A DNA stretch of 64,000 nt from an uncultured Erythrobacter sp. (GCA_947502305.1 CANMZA010000002.1:275041-339040), one strand, 5' to 3'. Numbered from the stretch's first letter, positions 1 through 12,030 are shown. Notes: generated by a model not told the origin, from the sequence alone. Numbers and translations: made by a program.

Positions 1-626
1 GAGGAAGCCGCCGGCTGCGCATCTGCGCCGATGGTGCCGACGAAAATGCGGCTTTGCCCCATTCCCGCAGGGCGCAGAACCAAATCGTTCAGCGTTTCGG
101 CAATATCGCGCCCTGTCGCCTGTTCTAGCACCGCCTGAACCGTAACCCAGTTCACCAGATCATAGGACCACATTGTGCCGGGCTCTCCGGTGAGTTCACC
201 AGACGCATAAAGCTGCACCGCTTGCGCCGCATCGCGCGTTTGCATCACAGCGCGCGGATTGGCACCAAATGCGGGCAAGAGACCATCGGCAATGCCGCTG
301 CGGCTTTGCAAAACTTGGCGCAATGTCACATCCGCAATTGGCGTGCCGGGGGCGTCAGGCAAGAGTTCATTGAGCGGCGCGTCGAGCGTCAAAACCCCGC
401 GATCCACCAATCGCAGAACGGCAAGTGTGCAAGCGAATTTCCCGATGGATCCGGCCTCATACAGAGCGCCGGTTTGTGCGTCCCCGTGCGCCTCGGCGAC
501 AATTGTGCCGCCGGGTAAAAGCTCAGCTTGCGAATAATTTGTGGCGGATGCCGGCGCGCTCACGCAAAAGGCCATGCTGCCAAGCGCTGCGCCAAATGCG
601 CATCTTTTATTGTTAAATTTTACCAC
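1..626 (-). CDS. serine hydrolase, beta-lactamase/transpeptidase-like family (N-terminal part only; gene runs off the window start)
   Basis: Hand translation of the minus strand from GTG at 626 gives VKFNNKRCAFGAALGSMAFCVSAPASA (signal-peptide-like) ... GALYEAGSIGKFACTLAVLRLVDRGVLTLDAPLNELLP. It contains an S-x-x-K (SIGK) motif in the usual N-terminal context of class-C-like serine hydrolases. The frame stays open to position 1. It is absent from the ORF track because it is truncated. Confidence 0.55.
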   Translation of the reverse strand, partial: MVKFNNKRCAFGAALGSMAFCVSAPASATNYSQAELLPGGTIVAEAHGDAQTGALYEAGSIGKFACTLAVLRLVDRGVLTLDAPLNELLPDAPGTPIADVTLRQVLQSRSGIADGLLPAFGANPRAVMQTRDAAQAVQLYASGELTGEPGTMWSYDLVNWVTVQAVLEQATGRDIAETLNDLVLRPAGMGQSRIFVGTIGADAQPAAS

Positions 627-723
627 AAGCTGCTCTCCCGTAATTTCTTAAGCCTATCTCGGCATTTAAGAATACAAGTGCCATGTCATTGGCCGAGCAA
701 TATTGCCTCTTGAGCGTAAAACC

Positions 724-2298
724 TCACTCCCACTCAATCGTACCGGGCGGTTTACTGGTAAAGTCATAGACCACGCGGTTGATGCCTTGCACTTCATTGA
801 CGATCCGCGTGGCGACCCCGGTTAAGAATGCCGCGTCGAAGGGATAGACATCGGCGGTCATCCCATCTGTGCTGGTCACAGCGCGCAATCCGCACACGCT
901 GTCATAGGTCCGGCTATCACCCATCACGCCCACCGTTTTGACCGGCAGCAAGACGGCGAAGGCTTGCCAAATGGCGTCATACAAACCGGCATTGCGGATT
1001 TCTTCGAGGTAAATTGCGTCAGCTTTGCGCAGAATGTCGCAGCGTTCCTTGGTCACTTCACCGGGAATGCGGATCGCGAGGCCGGGTCCGGGGAAAGGAT
1101 GCCTGCCCACGAACACTTCTGGTAAGCCCAATTCGCGGCCCAATTCGCGCACTTCGTCCTTGAACAGTTCGCGCAAGGGTTCGACCAATTTCATATTCAT
1201 ACGTTCGGGCAAGCCGCCAACATTGTGGTGGCTCTTGATCGTGACGCTCGGCCCGCCGGTGAAACTGACGCTTTCAATCACGTCGGGATACAAGGTGCCC
1301 TGCGCCAAGAAATCTGCGCCGCCGACTTTCTTCGCTTCGGCTTCAAACAGGTCGATAAACGCGCCGCCGATAAATTTGCGCTTCTTCTCCGGGTCCGTGA
1401 CACCGGAAAGGCCGCTCAAAAATTGTTCCTCTGCATCCACCGCGACCAATGGGATGTTGTAGTGATCGCGGAACAAGGTGACGACTTGCTCGGTTTCGTT
1501 GAGCCGCATGAGGCCGTGATCGACATAGACGCAGGTAAGCTGGTCTCCGACCGCCTCATGAATCAGCACGGCGGCAACCGCGCTATCGACCCCGCCAGAG
1601 AGGCCGCAAATGACCCGGCCCGATCCGACCTGTTCGCGGATTTCGGCGATCTTGGTCTTGCGAAATTCGGCCATGGTCCAATCGCCGGTCAATCCGCACA
1701 CATGGCGCACAAAATTGGCGAGCAATTTGCCGCCATCGGGCGTGTGGACGACTTCTGGGTGGAATTGGGTGCCGTAGAATTTGCGCTTTTCATCGGCGAT
1801 CACCGCGAATGGCGCGCCGTCGCTGGTGGCGACGATTTCGAACCCTTCGGCAAATTCGGTAACTTTGTCGCCGTGGCTCATCCAGACCTGATGCCGCTCA
1901 CCCTCTTTCCAAAGGCCGTCGAACAAGGCGCACGGTTTGGTGACCGTCAGATAGGCGCGGCCAAACTCTCCGCCCTCTCCCGTCTCATGTCCAGGGCGCA
2001 CTTGGCCGCCGAGCTGCTGGCTCATCACCTGTTGCCCATAACAAATGCCCAGGATCGGAACGCCCGCTTCAAACAGGCTTTGCGGGGCGCGCGGCGATCC
2101 ATCATCGGGAACGCTGGCGGGGGAGCCGGAAAGGATGATGCCCTTTGGCTTCATCCGGCGAAAGGCGTCCTCTGCCATAGTGTAAGGCGCAATCTCGGAA
2201 TAGACGCCCGCCTCGCGCACGCGGCGCGCGATCAATTGGGTCACTTGGCTGCCGAAATCGACGATCAGAATCGAGTCTGGGAGATGGTCTGCTTGCAT
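724..2298 (-). CDS. guaA: GMP synthase (glutamine-hydrolysing)
   Basis: 524-aa ORF. N-terminal class-I glutamine amidotransferase (GICYGQQ, HPEV). ATP-pyrophosphatase P-loop SGGVDS. Conserved C-terminal end PPGTIEWE. Confidence 0.96.
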   Translation of the reverse strand: MQADHLPDSILIVDFGSQVTQLIARRVREAGVYSEIAPYTMAEDAFRRMKPKGIILSGSPASVPDDGSPRAPQSLFEAGVPILGICYGQQVMSQQLGGQVRPGHETGEGGEFGRAYLTVTKPCALFDGLWKEGERHQVWMSHGDKVTEFAEGFEIVATSDGAPFAVIADEKRKFYGTQFHPEVVHTPDGGKLLANFVRHVCGLTGDWTMAEFRKTKIAEIREQVGSGRVICGLSGGVDSAVAAVLIHEAVGDQLTCVYVDHGLMRLNETEQVVTLFRDHYNIPLVAVDAEEQFLSGLSGVTDPEKKRKFIGGAFIDLFEAEAKKVGGADFLAQGTLYPDVIESVSFTGGPSVTIKSHHNVGGLPERMNMKLVEPLRELFKDEVRELGRELGLPEVFVGRHPFPGPGLAIRIPGEVTKERCDILRKADAIYLEEIRNAGLYDAIWQAFAVLLPVKTVGVMGDSRTYDSVCGLRAVTSTDGMTADVYPFDAAFLTGVATRIVNEVQGINRVVYDFTSKPPGTIEWE

Positions 2299-2595
2299 GA
2301 TTGCGGCGTTACGTCAGTGCGCGGCGCGCTGTCCAGCATGCCGTAACGTCATTGCACAATGTATCGACAGATGTTGCAGCGCAGCACGCACGCCGCCCCG
2401 CCGAAATTCTGAAATGGTGCAGAAAAATAACGGGTTTTTCGCATCCAGCCGGGAACCGGATGCGTAACCTTCGCGTATGCACAATGAATATGTGCATCGC
2501 AGCATTTTTATAATTGATCACGGTTCATCTCTTATCACAGGCAGGCCTGCGGCCCGCTCAAATTCAAACACACGTTTTTCTATTGGAGCTTACTC

Positions 2596-2922
2596 ATGCG
2601 TTTCATCCTCTCAGCAATCGCCCTCACCGTCGCAGCAGCCAGCCCTGTTGCCGCCGTCGCCGCCGACAGCCAAACCGTCACCGTTCGCGTTGACACCGCC
2701 GGCATTGATTTGACCACCAGGGCAGGCCGCGCCGATTTGGAAGCGCGCGTTGATGCAAAATTGCGCGCAGCCTGCACAATCGAAAGCAATTCGCGTTACA
2801 GCTATGGCCGCGATGTCGTCGATCAGAAGTGCATCGCCGAAGCACGCAGCGCCGTTCTCGCTCAAGCAGAACGCATCGCGGCATCCGGCGTGCGCGGCGG
2901 ACGCACAGTTTCCGCCAATTAA
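2596..2922 (+). CDS. UrcA-family secreted protein
   Basis: 108 aa. GGAG 8 nt upstream of the ATG. Signal peptide MRFILSAIALTVAAASPVAAVAA. Then V-x-V-x-x-x-x-IDLTT-x-AGRADLEARV ... C ... C, the typical layout of small alphaproteobacterial UrcA-like proteins. Confidence 0.6.
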   Translation: MRFILSAIALTVAAASPVAAVAADSQTVTVRVDTAGIDLTTRAGRADLEARVDAKLRAACTIESNSRYSYGRDVVDQKCIAEARSAVLAQAERIAASGVRGGRTVSAN

Positions 2923-2962
2923 GAGCTGCGTTCGTAGGTTTTTTACGAACAAAAAATGCAAT

Positions 2963-2995
2963 CGGCCGCTGGGAAACTGGCGGCCGTTTTGCTGT
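2963..2995 (+). terminator. rho-independent terminator after the UrcA-like gene
   Basis: Stem CGGCCGC (2963-2969) pairs with GCGGCCG (2980-2986), followed by TTTTGCTGTTT. A second weaker hairpin GTTCGTA/TACGAAC lies just upstream at about 2929-2950. Confidence 0.55.
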
Positions 2996-3023
2996 TTGCC
3001 CTAGCGTCACGGCCCTGTGTTGC

Positions 3024-3050
3024 AAAATACGCAATTAAATTGCGTATTTT
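3024..3050. repeat. perfect 13-bp inverted repeat (AAAATACGCAATT a AATTGCGTATTTT)
   Basis: Read directly from the sequence. It is AT-rich, flanked by an A-run and a T-run, and lies in an ORF-free region. It could be a weak bidirectional terminator or an operator for a dimeric DNA-binding protein. Confidence 0.5.
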
Positions 3051-3093
3051 CGCATTTGAGTTTCATGCAATCGAACATCATTTGGACGTTGCA

Positions 3094-3437
3094 CCGCACG
3101 GGTTTGGCACCTCTCCCCAGAAAACGCCAATTCTCTCGTGCGGCGCAAATGGCAGGATATTTTCTGCCAGTCTGCTTGCCGGTAACAAGCAGCCGATATG
3201 AGCGCCTCGCAGGCCCGGTGACTTCCAGCACCCCGCCTGCCATCAAAGGGCCGCTTCCTTAGCACTACCCCAGTGCTGCGGCTGTTTCCTGTGCGTCGGT
3301 GCATAGTTTCGGAGCGCCTTCCCCCCTCTTGGCGCTGGGATCGGGACCATTGCACACAATGCGGCGCACGCACCATCGCAAGTCAGCGAGCGAGACGCGG
3401 CCACCCACTTCCCTCCCCCGAATGGTGGCCGCGTCTC
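3094..3437 (+). ncRNA. candidate structured RNA: array of stem-loops with C/U-rich (anti-SD-like) loops
   Basis: Hairpins folded by eye: 3094-3100/3137-3143 (loop has CACCTCTCCCC); 3151-3168; 3172-3192; 3209-3214/3235-3240 (loop ends CCAGCACCCC); 3261-3266/3272-3277 (loop ACCCC); 3313-3318/3331-3336 (loop TTCCCCCCTCTT); 3392-3405/3424-3437 (perfect 14-bp stem, loop CACTTCCCTCCCCCGAAT). There is no credible ORF or SD in this interval. Strand and ends are not established. Confidence 0.3.
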
Positions 3438-3530
3438 CACACGCATCCAATCAACCATACATTTGCAATTCGCGTGATTTAACCTAGGCGGCATCTTGTG
3501 GCCTATGGGTCCGCGCAAAAGGGGAAATTC

Positions 3531-3989
3531 GTGCAGTTAGCAATCAGGGCAACGCTTGCCGCATCACTTATCGCTGGCGCAGCGAGCGCGGCATCAGCGC
3601 AATCGCTGAATGCTGCGCTTAACCCGGCCGAGGGCGAAACGCGGATCGTGGCAGCAATCACTGTGCCGCTGGGCCATTCGCACGGCAATACCAGCACCGC
3701 ACCGCGCGTTGAGCTGATTTCGCGTTCCCGGGTGCCGGATGGAATTTTGCCTGTTGTCATCCGCGACGAAGAGCGCCGCTGGCAAGAACGCCGGATTGGC
3801 TTCACCCTCGACGGCAGCGATCAGGTGATGATCAACGGCCGCGCCATACAATTGGGCGGCAGCGAAGATCGCGACGGCATCAGCACCTTGGGCGCGGTAG
3901 GCATTGGCCTAGGTGTTGTCTTGGCCGTTAGCATCGTCACTTTCGCAGACGGCGTGGATGCGATCGAAGATCTCACCGACCCTGACTAG
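3531..3989 (+). CDS. hypothetical exported/membrane-anchored protein
   Basis: The track ORF is 3498-3989. I prefer the GTG at 3531, preceded by AAGGGGAA 7 nt upstream. N-terminus VQLAIRATLAASLIAGAASAASAQ is signal-peptide-like. C-terminal hydrophobic segment ISTLGAVGIGLGVVLAVSIVTF. No family recognised. Confidence 0.5.
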   Translation: MQLAIRATLAASLIAGAASAASAQSLNAALNPAEGETRIVAAITVPLGHSHGNTSTAPRVELISRSRVPDGILPVVIRDEERRWQERRIGFTLDGSDQVMINGRAIQLGGSEDRDGISTLGAVGIGLGVVLAVSIVTFADGVDAIEDLTDPD

Positions 3990-4002
3990 CGGCCAGACCG
4001 CA

Positions 4003-5562
4003 TTATCCCGCCCTGCGCTGAGCCTCTTCGCGCAATTCTGTTTTCAGCAATTTGCCAATATGGCTGCGCGGCATTTCATCAATCCGGTGCAGCGCCGACA
4101 GACGCTGCGTCTTGCCCAGCCGCGCATTCACCGCCTCCATCACCGCATCTGGATTGCGCGCGCCGCTTTTTAAGACGACAAAACCAACCGGTGTTTCCCC
4201 CCAACGGGGCGAATCGATGCCGACGACGGCGGCCTCCGCCACATCCTCTTCGCGCTCCAACTCGCTTTCCAAATCGCTGGGATAGATATTGAACCCGCCG
4301 GAAATGATCATATCCTTCGCGCGCCCGACCAGTTCGACGAAGCCTTGTTCATCGACCCGGCCAATATCGCCCATCCGCATCCAGACATCGCCGGTCGCCG
4401 GATCGGTCCATTGTGCCTCCGCCGTTTTGTCAGGGCGATTTTTATAGCCTGACATCATCGTCTGCGACCGGCCCACCAGATTGCCCGGCGTACCCGGCGG
4501 CACTTCGCGGTCATCGTCATCCAAGACTTTCATTTCGCTGCCGGGTGCTGGCCGTCCAACAGTGTGCAATTTATCCGGGAATTCATGCGCCGATAACAGG
4601 CACACGACGCCCCCTTCGGTCATCGAATAAATCTCCACCAATCCGCCCGGCATACGCTTCAAAACCTGCGCCTTCAGCTCCGCCGAAAACGGCGCAGAGG
4701 TGCAATATTTCATCGCCAAAGAAGACAGATCGTGATCGTCAAAACCGGGGTGATCCATCAAGCGTTGATATTGCACCGGCACCAACATCGTCACGGTTGC
4801 TCGGTCACCCGCCGCATGATCGAGCCAGCGCGCGCAATCAAATTTGCCCATGATCCGCACCGTTCCCCCCGACAATAAGGGCGCGAGGAAAGCAACCATC
4901 GTGGTGTTGGAATAAAGCGGTGTTGAGGCCAGCGAGCGCACCTCCAGCCCAGCCGCCAAATACGATTGCGCCGTCGCGCCAAATTGCCGCCAGCGCATTT
5001 GATGCGAATGCACGATCCCTTTGGGAATGCCGGTCGTTCCGCTGGAATAGATGATGTTGAAAGGATCACCGGGCGCAGGGTCAAAATCGGGCGCAAGCGC
5101 GCCGGGAGTGGCCATCCAAGTGCCCACATCCTCGAGCGGCACTTTGATCAATTCCCCCATAAAATCCGGGCCCAGCTCTGCCGATTTTTTCGCGTCAATA
5201 AACAGATGCCGTGCGCCCGAATCCGCCGCCATTCCGGCAAGCTGTTGCGGCGAGGCGCTGGTCGTCAAAGGGGCCGCCACACCCCCGGCCCGCACCGCCG
5301 CCAAAAACACCAAGGCATAGGGGATCGAACTGCTACCGAGGATCGCCACCGATTGCCCGCGCTCCAGCCCCGTTTCCACCAGCCGCGCCGCCAGCCGTTC
5401 GACCAGGCCGATTAATTCAGCCCATGCCAAGTCGCCATTCTCATCGCGCAATGCGATTTTGTCAGGATGCGCCTGCGCATAACCGCGCATGATCGCTGTG
5501 TAAGAACCGAAGGGCTCAGAGAGCTTCGCGCTCATCGTCTCAGAAAGGTTTGGAATGGTCAT
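4003..5562 (-). CDS. AMP-dependent acyl-CoA synthetase/ligase (class I adenylate-forming enzyme)
   Basis: 519 aa. AMP-binding signature IIYSSGTTGIPKG. Also TEGG, GDIGRVDEQGF and SGGFNIYP motifs. Confidence 0.88.
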   Translation of the reverse strand: MTIPNLSETMSAKLSEPFGSYTAIMRGYAQAHPDKIALRDENGDLAWAELIGLVERLAARLVETGLERGQSVAILGSSSIPYALVFLAAVRAGGVAAPLTTSASPQQLAGMAADSGARHLFIDAKKSAELGPDFMGELIKVPLEDVGTWMATPGALAPDFDPAPGDPFNIIYSSGTTGIPKGIVHSHQMRWRQFGATAQSYLAAGLEVRSLASTPLYSNTTMVAFLAPLLSGGTVRIMGKFDCARWLDHAAGDRATVTMLVPVQYQRLMDHPGFDDHDLSSLAMKYCTSAPFSAELKAQVLKRMPGGLVEIYSMTEGGVVCLLSAHEFPDKLHTVGRPAPGSEMKVLDDDDREVPPGTPGNLVGRSQTMMSGYKNRPDKTAEAQWTDPATGDVWMRMGDIGRVDEQGFVELVGRAKDMIISGGFNIYPSDLESELEREEDVAEAAVVGIDSPRWGETPVGFVVLKSGARNPDAVMEAVNARLGKTQRLSALHRIDEMPRSHIGKLLKTELREEAQRRAG

Positions 5563-5651
5563 AACGCCAATGCTTAGCCGCGCTGGCGGAGGTCACAAGC
5601 CGGGATTTTGTTAGCGCATGATCATTTGTTTACGCTTGTAGGGGAAAGTGC

Positions 5652-6659
5652 ATGGCAACCGGTCATTTGACCCCTCGAAAAGGATTACGAATGCGCGCCC
5701 TACACAGAATTGCGAACCGGGCTTTGGCTCTGGCGGCGATGATCGCCTTTGCCGGCGGCGGCGCGCAGCCAGTGCTTGCTCAAGACGATTCTGCAGAAAA
5801 TGGCGAAGACGATAGAATTATCACGATCACGCCGGATATGGCGCCGAGCGATTCCTCGCGCTTGTTAGGCGGATCGCAAACATTGCCGCCGCCTGATGGC
5901 ACGCGCATCACCGTGCCTGCGGACCGGGCGGCGTCAAGTGCGGCGGGGTCTGGGCCGCCATCGGTGCTGGCGATCCTTGCCCATCCCGATGATGAAATCA
6001 CCATTGCCCCAGTGCTGGCCCGAATGGCGCGCGGCGGGGGTGATGTCACGCTTGTCTTCGTCACCAGCGGCGATGCTGGGCCGGGCGTATCCGGGATGGA
6101 GCCCGGCGCGCAATTGGCCGAATTGCGCGAGAATGAGGCGCGCTGTTCAGCATTCGCGCTGGGATTGCCGGAGCCGATTTTTTGGCAGCTTGGCGATGGA
6201 CAATTGGCCAAAGACGCCCGCGCCGCAGACAGCGCCGCCCGCGATATGGAGGCGCGCATTGCGGCTCTCATCACGCTGAAACAGCCGCAAGTGGTTATGA
6301 CTTGGGGGCCAGATGGCGGATATGGCCATGCCGATCACCGAATGGTCAGCAATGCCGTGACGCAAATTATCGGCGCGATGGATGATACGCGGCCCGATTT
6401 GCTCTACGCAGCATTTCCGTCAAACAGTGAGACACGCGGCGCTCTGCCAGGCTTTGAAAATTGGGCGACGACGCATCCTTCCTTGATCACCGACCGCATC
6501 CGGTACGAAACGCCAGACCTCGACGCCGCGCGCCACGCGATTGACTGCCATCAGAGCCAGTTTGACAGTCAGGCGCGCGCTTTATTGGCAGGAATTTTGC
6601 ACCAGAATGTGTGGCAGGGGACGGTCTATTTCCGGCTTGCCTTTGCGCCCGCATCCTAG
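5652..6659 (+). CDS. PIG-L/LmbE-family deacetylase with N-terminal signal peptide
   Basis: 335 aa. SD AGGGGAAAG lies upstream. The AHPDDE motif (ILAHPDDEITIAP) and a downstream HADH (His/Asp-containing) segment are typical of PIG-L/LmbE zinc deacetylases. The N-terminus ...ALALAAMIAFAGGGAQPVLAQDD looks like a Sec signal. An alternative start is the ATG at 5691. Confidence 0.8.
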   Translation: MATGHLTPRKGLRMRALHRIANRALALAAMIAFAGGGAQPVLAQDDSAENGEDDRIITITPDMAPSDSSRLLGGSQTLPPPDGTRITVPADRAASSAAGSGPPSVLAILAHPDDEITIAPVLARMARGGGDVTLVFVTSGDAGPGVSGMEPGAQLAELRENEARCSAFALGLPEPIFWQLGDGQLAKDARAADSAARDMEARIAALITLKQPQVVMTWGPDGGYGHADHRMVSNAVTQIIGAMDDTRPDLLYAAFPSNSETRGALPGFENWATTHPSLITDRIRYETPDLDAARHAIDCHQSQFDSQARALLAGILHQNVWQGTVYFRLAFAPAS

Positions 6660-9362
<2,703 letters not shown>

Positions 9363-9456
9363 GCCAGACCTGATTTCGTGATCCGCTGATCCGGCTCCTG
9401 ATTCGTCCTGCGATCCGCCCTTGATGTTTGGAGCATAAGCCCCGACATCATCAAAC

Positions 9457-10647
9457 ATGTCTGAGCAGGAACCGAACGACACGAGCGCATTGGAACATTG
9501 GAGCTTTTTGCTCCTGCTAGCGGTTGTCTCATTTCTGTTTGTTTGGGTCGCGTGGCCCTTTGCCGGGCCGCTGCTGTGGTCGGCATTGGCCGCGATCATG
9601 TTTCAACCGCTGTATAAATGGGTGCTGCGCAAGGCGCGCGGGCGGCGCAATATTGCCGCTTCGCTGACATTGCTGATCATCTTTGTCGCGGTGCTGCTCC
9701 CGGCATTGTGGGTGGGATCGGTGGTGGTTGGGGAAACATTGGGCATCGTCAATGATCTGCGCGAAAACCCGATTGATCTTGCCGCATGGTTCAATTCCAC
9801 TTTCGCGATGCTGCCCGCCAGCGCGCAGACCTTGATCGAAGACAATGGCTGGACCGACGTGTCCGTCTTGCAAGACCAATTGCAAGGCATCCTCGGTGAA
9901 AGCGCCGGGGTGATTGCGCAGCAAGCCGTTTCCATCGGCAGCGGCGCGCTTGGTTTCGTCCTTAGCTTCAGCCTTGGTCTGTATGTGCTGTATTTCCTGC
10001 TGCGCGATGGATCGCGGATTGGCGAGACGATCCTGCATTCCGCGCCGATTGAGCGCGAAATTGCCGACCGCCTTGCAGAACGGTTTTTGGGCATTGTCCG
10101 CGCCGTGATCAAAGGGTCCGGCGTGGTTGGATTGGTTCAGGGAACCTTGGGCGCGATCACCATGATGATTGCGGGCGTGCAATCGGCCTTGCTGCTTGGC
10201 GTATTGATGGCGATCCTTGCGCTGATCCCGGCGGTTGGAACGGCGCTGGTCTGGGCGCCGGTTGGCATCTGGCTGCTGCTGACGGGCGAGGTATGGCAGG
10301 GCGTGTTCGTGCTGGGCTCCGGTTTCATTGTGATCAGCTCTGCTGACAATGTGCTGCGCCCGATATTGGTGGGACGCGATACTGGCATCCCCGATTGGAT
10401 CATCTTGGTGACCACGCTTGGCGGCCTGTCGCTGGCTGGATTTTCTGGGATCGTTTTGGGGCCATTGGTGGCGGGCCTGTTCCTCGCCAGCTGGTCAATC
10501 TTGCAGGAACAACGCGCAGAAGACGAAGAAGCGGCGGAACGATATCGCACCCGTGTCGGCCCAGATGGCAGGACGCGCGATCCAGAAGATGTCGCCAGAG
10601 TGGAAGATACCAGCAAAAATACGCAGCCCGAAACGCAGCAGGCCTAA
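9457..10647 (+). CDS. AI-2E family transporter (PerM/UPF0118-like permease)
   Basis: 396 aa polytopic membrane protein. The hydrophobic-segment layout and the C-terminal ...VGRDTGIPDWIILVTTLGG... segment resemble the AI-2E family. Hydrophilic C-terminal tail. Confidence 0.8.
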   Translation: MSEQEPNDTSALEHWSFLLLLAVVSFLFVWVAWPFAGPLLWSALAAIMFQPLYKWVLRKARGRRNIAASLTLLIIFVAVLLPALWVGSVVVGETLGIVNDLRENPIDLAAWFNSTFAMLPASAQTLIEDNGWTDVSVLQDQLQGILGESAGVIAQQAVSIGSGALGFVLSFSLGLYVLYFLLRDGSRIGETILHSAPIEREIADRLAERFLGIVRAVIKGSGVVGLVQGTLGAITMMIAGVQSALLLGVLMAILALIPAVGTALVWAPVGIWLLLTGEVWQGVFVLGSGFIVISSADNVLRPILVGRDTGIPDWIILVTTLGGLSLAGFSGIVLGPLVAGLFLASWSILQEQRAEDEEAAERYRTRVGPDGRTRDPEDVARVEDTSKNTQPETQQA

Positions 10648-10650
10648 GCC

Positions 10651-11436
10651 ATGCGTTCAATGGTCCAACCCGGCAGTCAAGCAGAGCAGGTCGGCCGCCT
10701 CGTCCTTGCAGGCTTTGTCGTGATCGCTCTGCCTTCGCTACCGCTGGGCGCTTACCTCATCTATCCGTTCGTCATCCTCACCACTTGGTTTCATGAAATG
10801 GGCCACGGATTGGCCGCCTTGCTGATGGGCCAAGAATTTGTGCAATTGATGATCTTTGCCGATGGTTCAGGCGTTGCCGAAAGCAGAGTGGCAAATGATG
10901 CGTCGCCCTTTGTGCACGCGGCCATTGCCGCTGGCGGCCCGCTCGCGCCCAGCGTCATGGGCGCGGTTCTTATTCTGGCCAGCGCGCATGAAAGAATGTG
11001 GCGGCCCGCTTTGTGGCTGACATCTGCTGCGATCTTTGCCTCGGTCATCATCTATGTCCGCTCCGCCACCGGCTATGCTGTTCTGCCATTGGTGGCGGCG
11101 CTGCTATCTGTGATCGCTTGGAAAGCACCTGCGGGCACGGCGCGCTTCACCTTGCAATTCCTCGGTGTGCTGGGCGCGATGAGCATGCTGCGCGATTGGG
11201 ATTATCTGTTCACGGAAAGAGCCGTGATCGGCGGGCGCGAAATGCTGTCCGACACTGGCCAGATAGAGGCAGCGCTGTTTTTGCCGCATTGGGTTTGGGG
11301 CGCAATCATCGTGACCGTGTCGGCGGTAATGGTCGGCGCCAGCCTGAAATACGCCCTGTCTGAAAAACGCCGCCTGCCCCCGGCAAGGCCGCTGCCGCCC
11401 AATGTCTTGCAATTCAAACGCAGGCCGGATGATTGA
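10651..11436 (+). CDS. M50-like membrane metallopeptidase
   Basis: 261 aa. HExxH zinc motif inside a TM segment (TWFHEMGHGLAALLMG). Several further TM segments. Starts 4 nt after the preceding stop. Confidence 0.7.
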   Translation: MRSMVQPGSQAEQVGRLVLAGFVVIALPSLPLGAYLIYPFVILTTWFHEMGHGLAALLMGQEFVQLMIFADGSGVAESRVANDASPFVHAAIAAGGPLAPSVMGAVLILASAHERMWRPALWLTSAAIFASVIIYVRSATGYAVLPLVAALLSVIAWKAPAGTARFTLQFLGVLGAMSMLRDWDYLFTERAVIGGREMLSDTGQIEAALFLPHWVWGAIIVTVSAVMVGASLKYALSEKRRLPPARPLPPNVLQFKRRPDD

Positions 11437-11485
11437 GCGAAAATGCTAATCCACGCGGGGCTTAGCACGCAGTAACATAGCGCGC

Positions 11486-12022
11486 ATGCCAGATGCCCCG
11501 AACCCCAGCCCGAATCCTGCCGATCTTCAGCACCTCCTCGACCGGATCGCGATTGACGAAGTCCTCGCCCGATATTGCCGCGGGATCGACCGCTGCGATG
11601 CAGAAGAATTGGCGGCAGTCTTCACCCCGGACGCAGCAATTGATTATGGGGATGGACCCAAGCCGCCGGATGTCACCATTGCCGGGCTGATGGCCGGGCT
11701 GGGCGCGATGACGCTGACGCATCACAATATCGGCAATGTCATTTGCGAAATTACCGGGGATCGCGCACGCTGCGAAACCTATTGCGTGGCGCTTCATATC
11801 TTGCCCGGTGGAACAGAGATGGTGGTCGGCGGCCGCTATCTTGATAGGCTGGTGAAACAGGACGGCGAATGGCGGATCGCTCAGCGGCTATATATTATGG
11901 ATTGGAACCGGCAGGGACCATCGACGATGCAAGAAAGCGGCGGCCTATATGACACATTGGCCCGCCGGTGTGCTCGCCGCCCTGATGATCCATCCTATGC
12001 GTGGTGGGCAGGCGAGAGTTAG
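11486..12022 (+). CDS. nuclear transport factor 2 / SnoaL-like family protein
   Basis: 178 aa. The N-terminal pattern IAIDEVLARYCRGIDRCDAEELAAVFTPDA ... GGRYLDRLVKQDGEWRIAQR is typical of SnoaL_4/NTF2-like proteins. Confidence 0.7.
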   Translation: MPDAPNPSPNPADLQHLLDRIAIDEVLARYCRGIDRCDAEELAAVFTPDAAIDYGDGPKPPDVTIAGLMAGLGAMTLTHHNIGNVICEITGDRARCETYCVALHILPGGTEMVVGGRYLDRLVKQDGEWRIAQRLYIMDWNRQGPSTMQESGGLYDTLARRCARRPDDPSYAWWAGES

Positions 12023-12030
12023 AATGCCGC

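Noticed and set aside
1225-2346. 373-aa plus-strand ORF opposite guaA.
   Set aside because: It is a shadow ORF on the antisense strand of a clearly conserved gene. The composition is Arg/Ala/Gly-biased, as is typical for GC-rich antisense frames, with no motifs.
3017-3518. Several 60-113-aa ORFs on both strands in the 2996-3530 region.
   Set aside because: None has an SD. All are Arg/Pro/Cys-rich or otherwise unprotein-like, and they overlap one another. The region is better explained as non-coding structured RNA.
2996-3530. I considered whether this region encodes a known housekeeping RNA: two-piece tmRNA, SRP/4.5S RNA, RNase P RNA, 6S RNA or a riboswitch.
   Set aside because: I found no tmRNA tag reading frame (ANDN…-type) and no T-arm/ACCA end. 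The SRP GGAA/AGCA domain-IV motif is absent, as are the RNase P GAGGAAAGUCC box and the B12, TPP and FMN riboswitch cores. This rests on eye inspection only; Rfam should be run.
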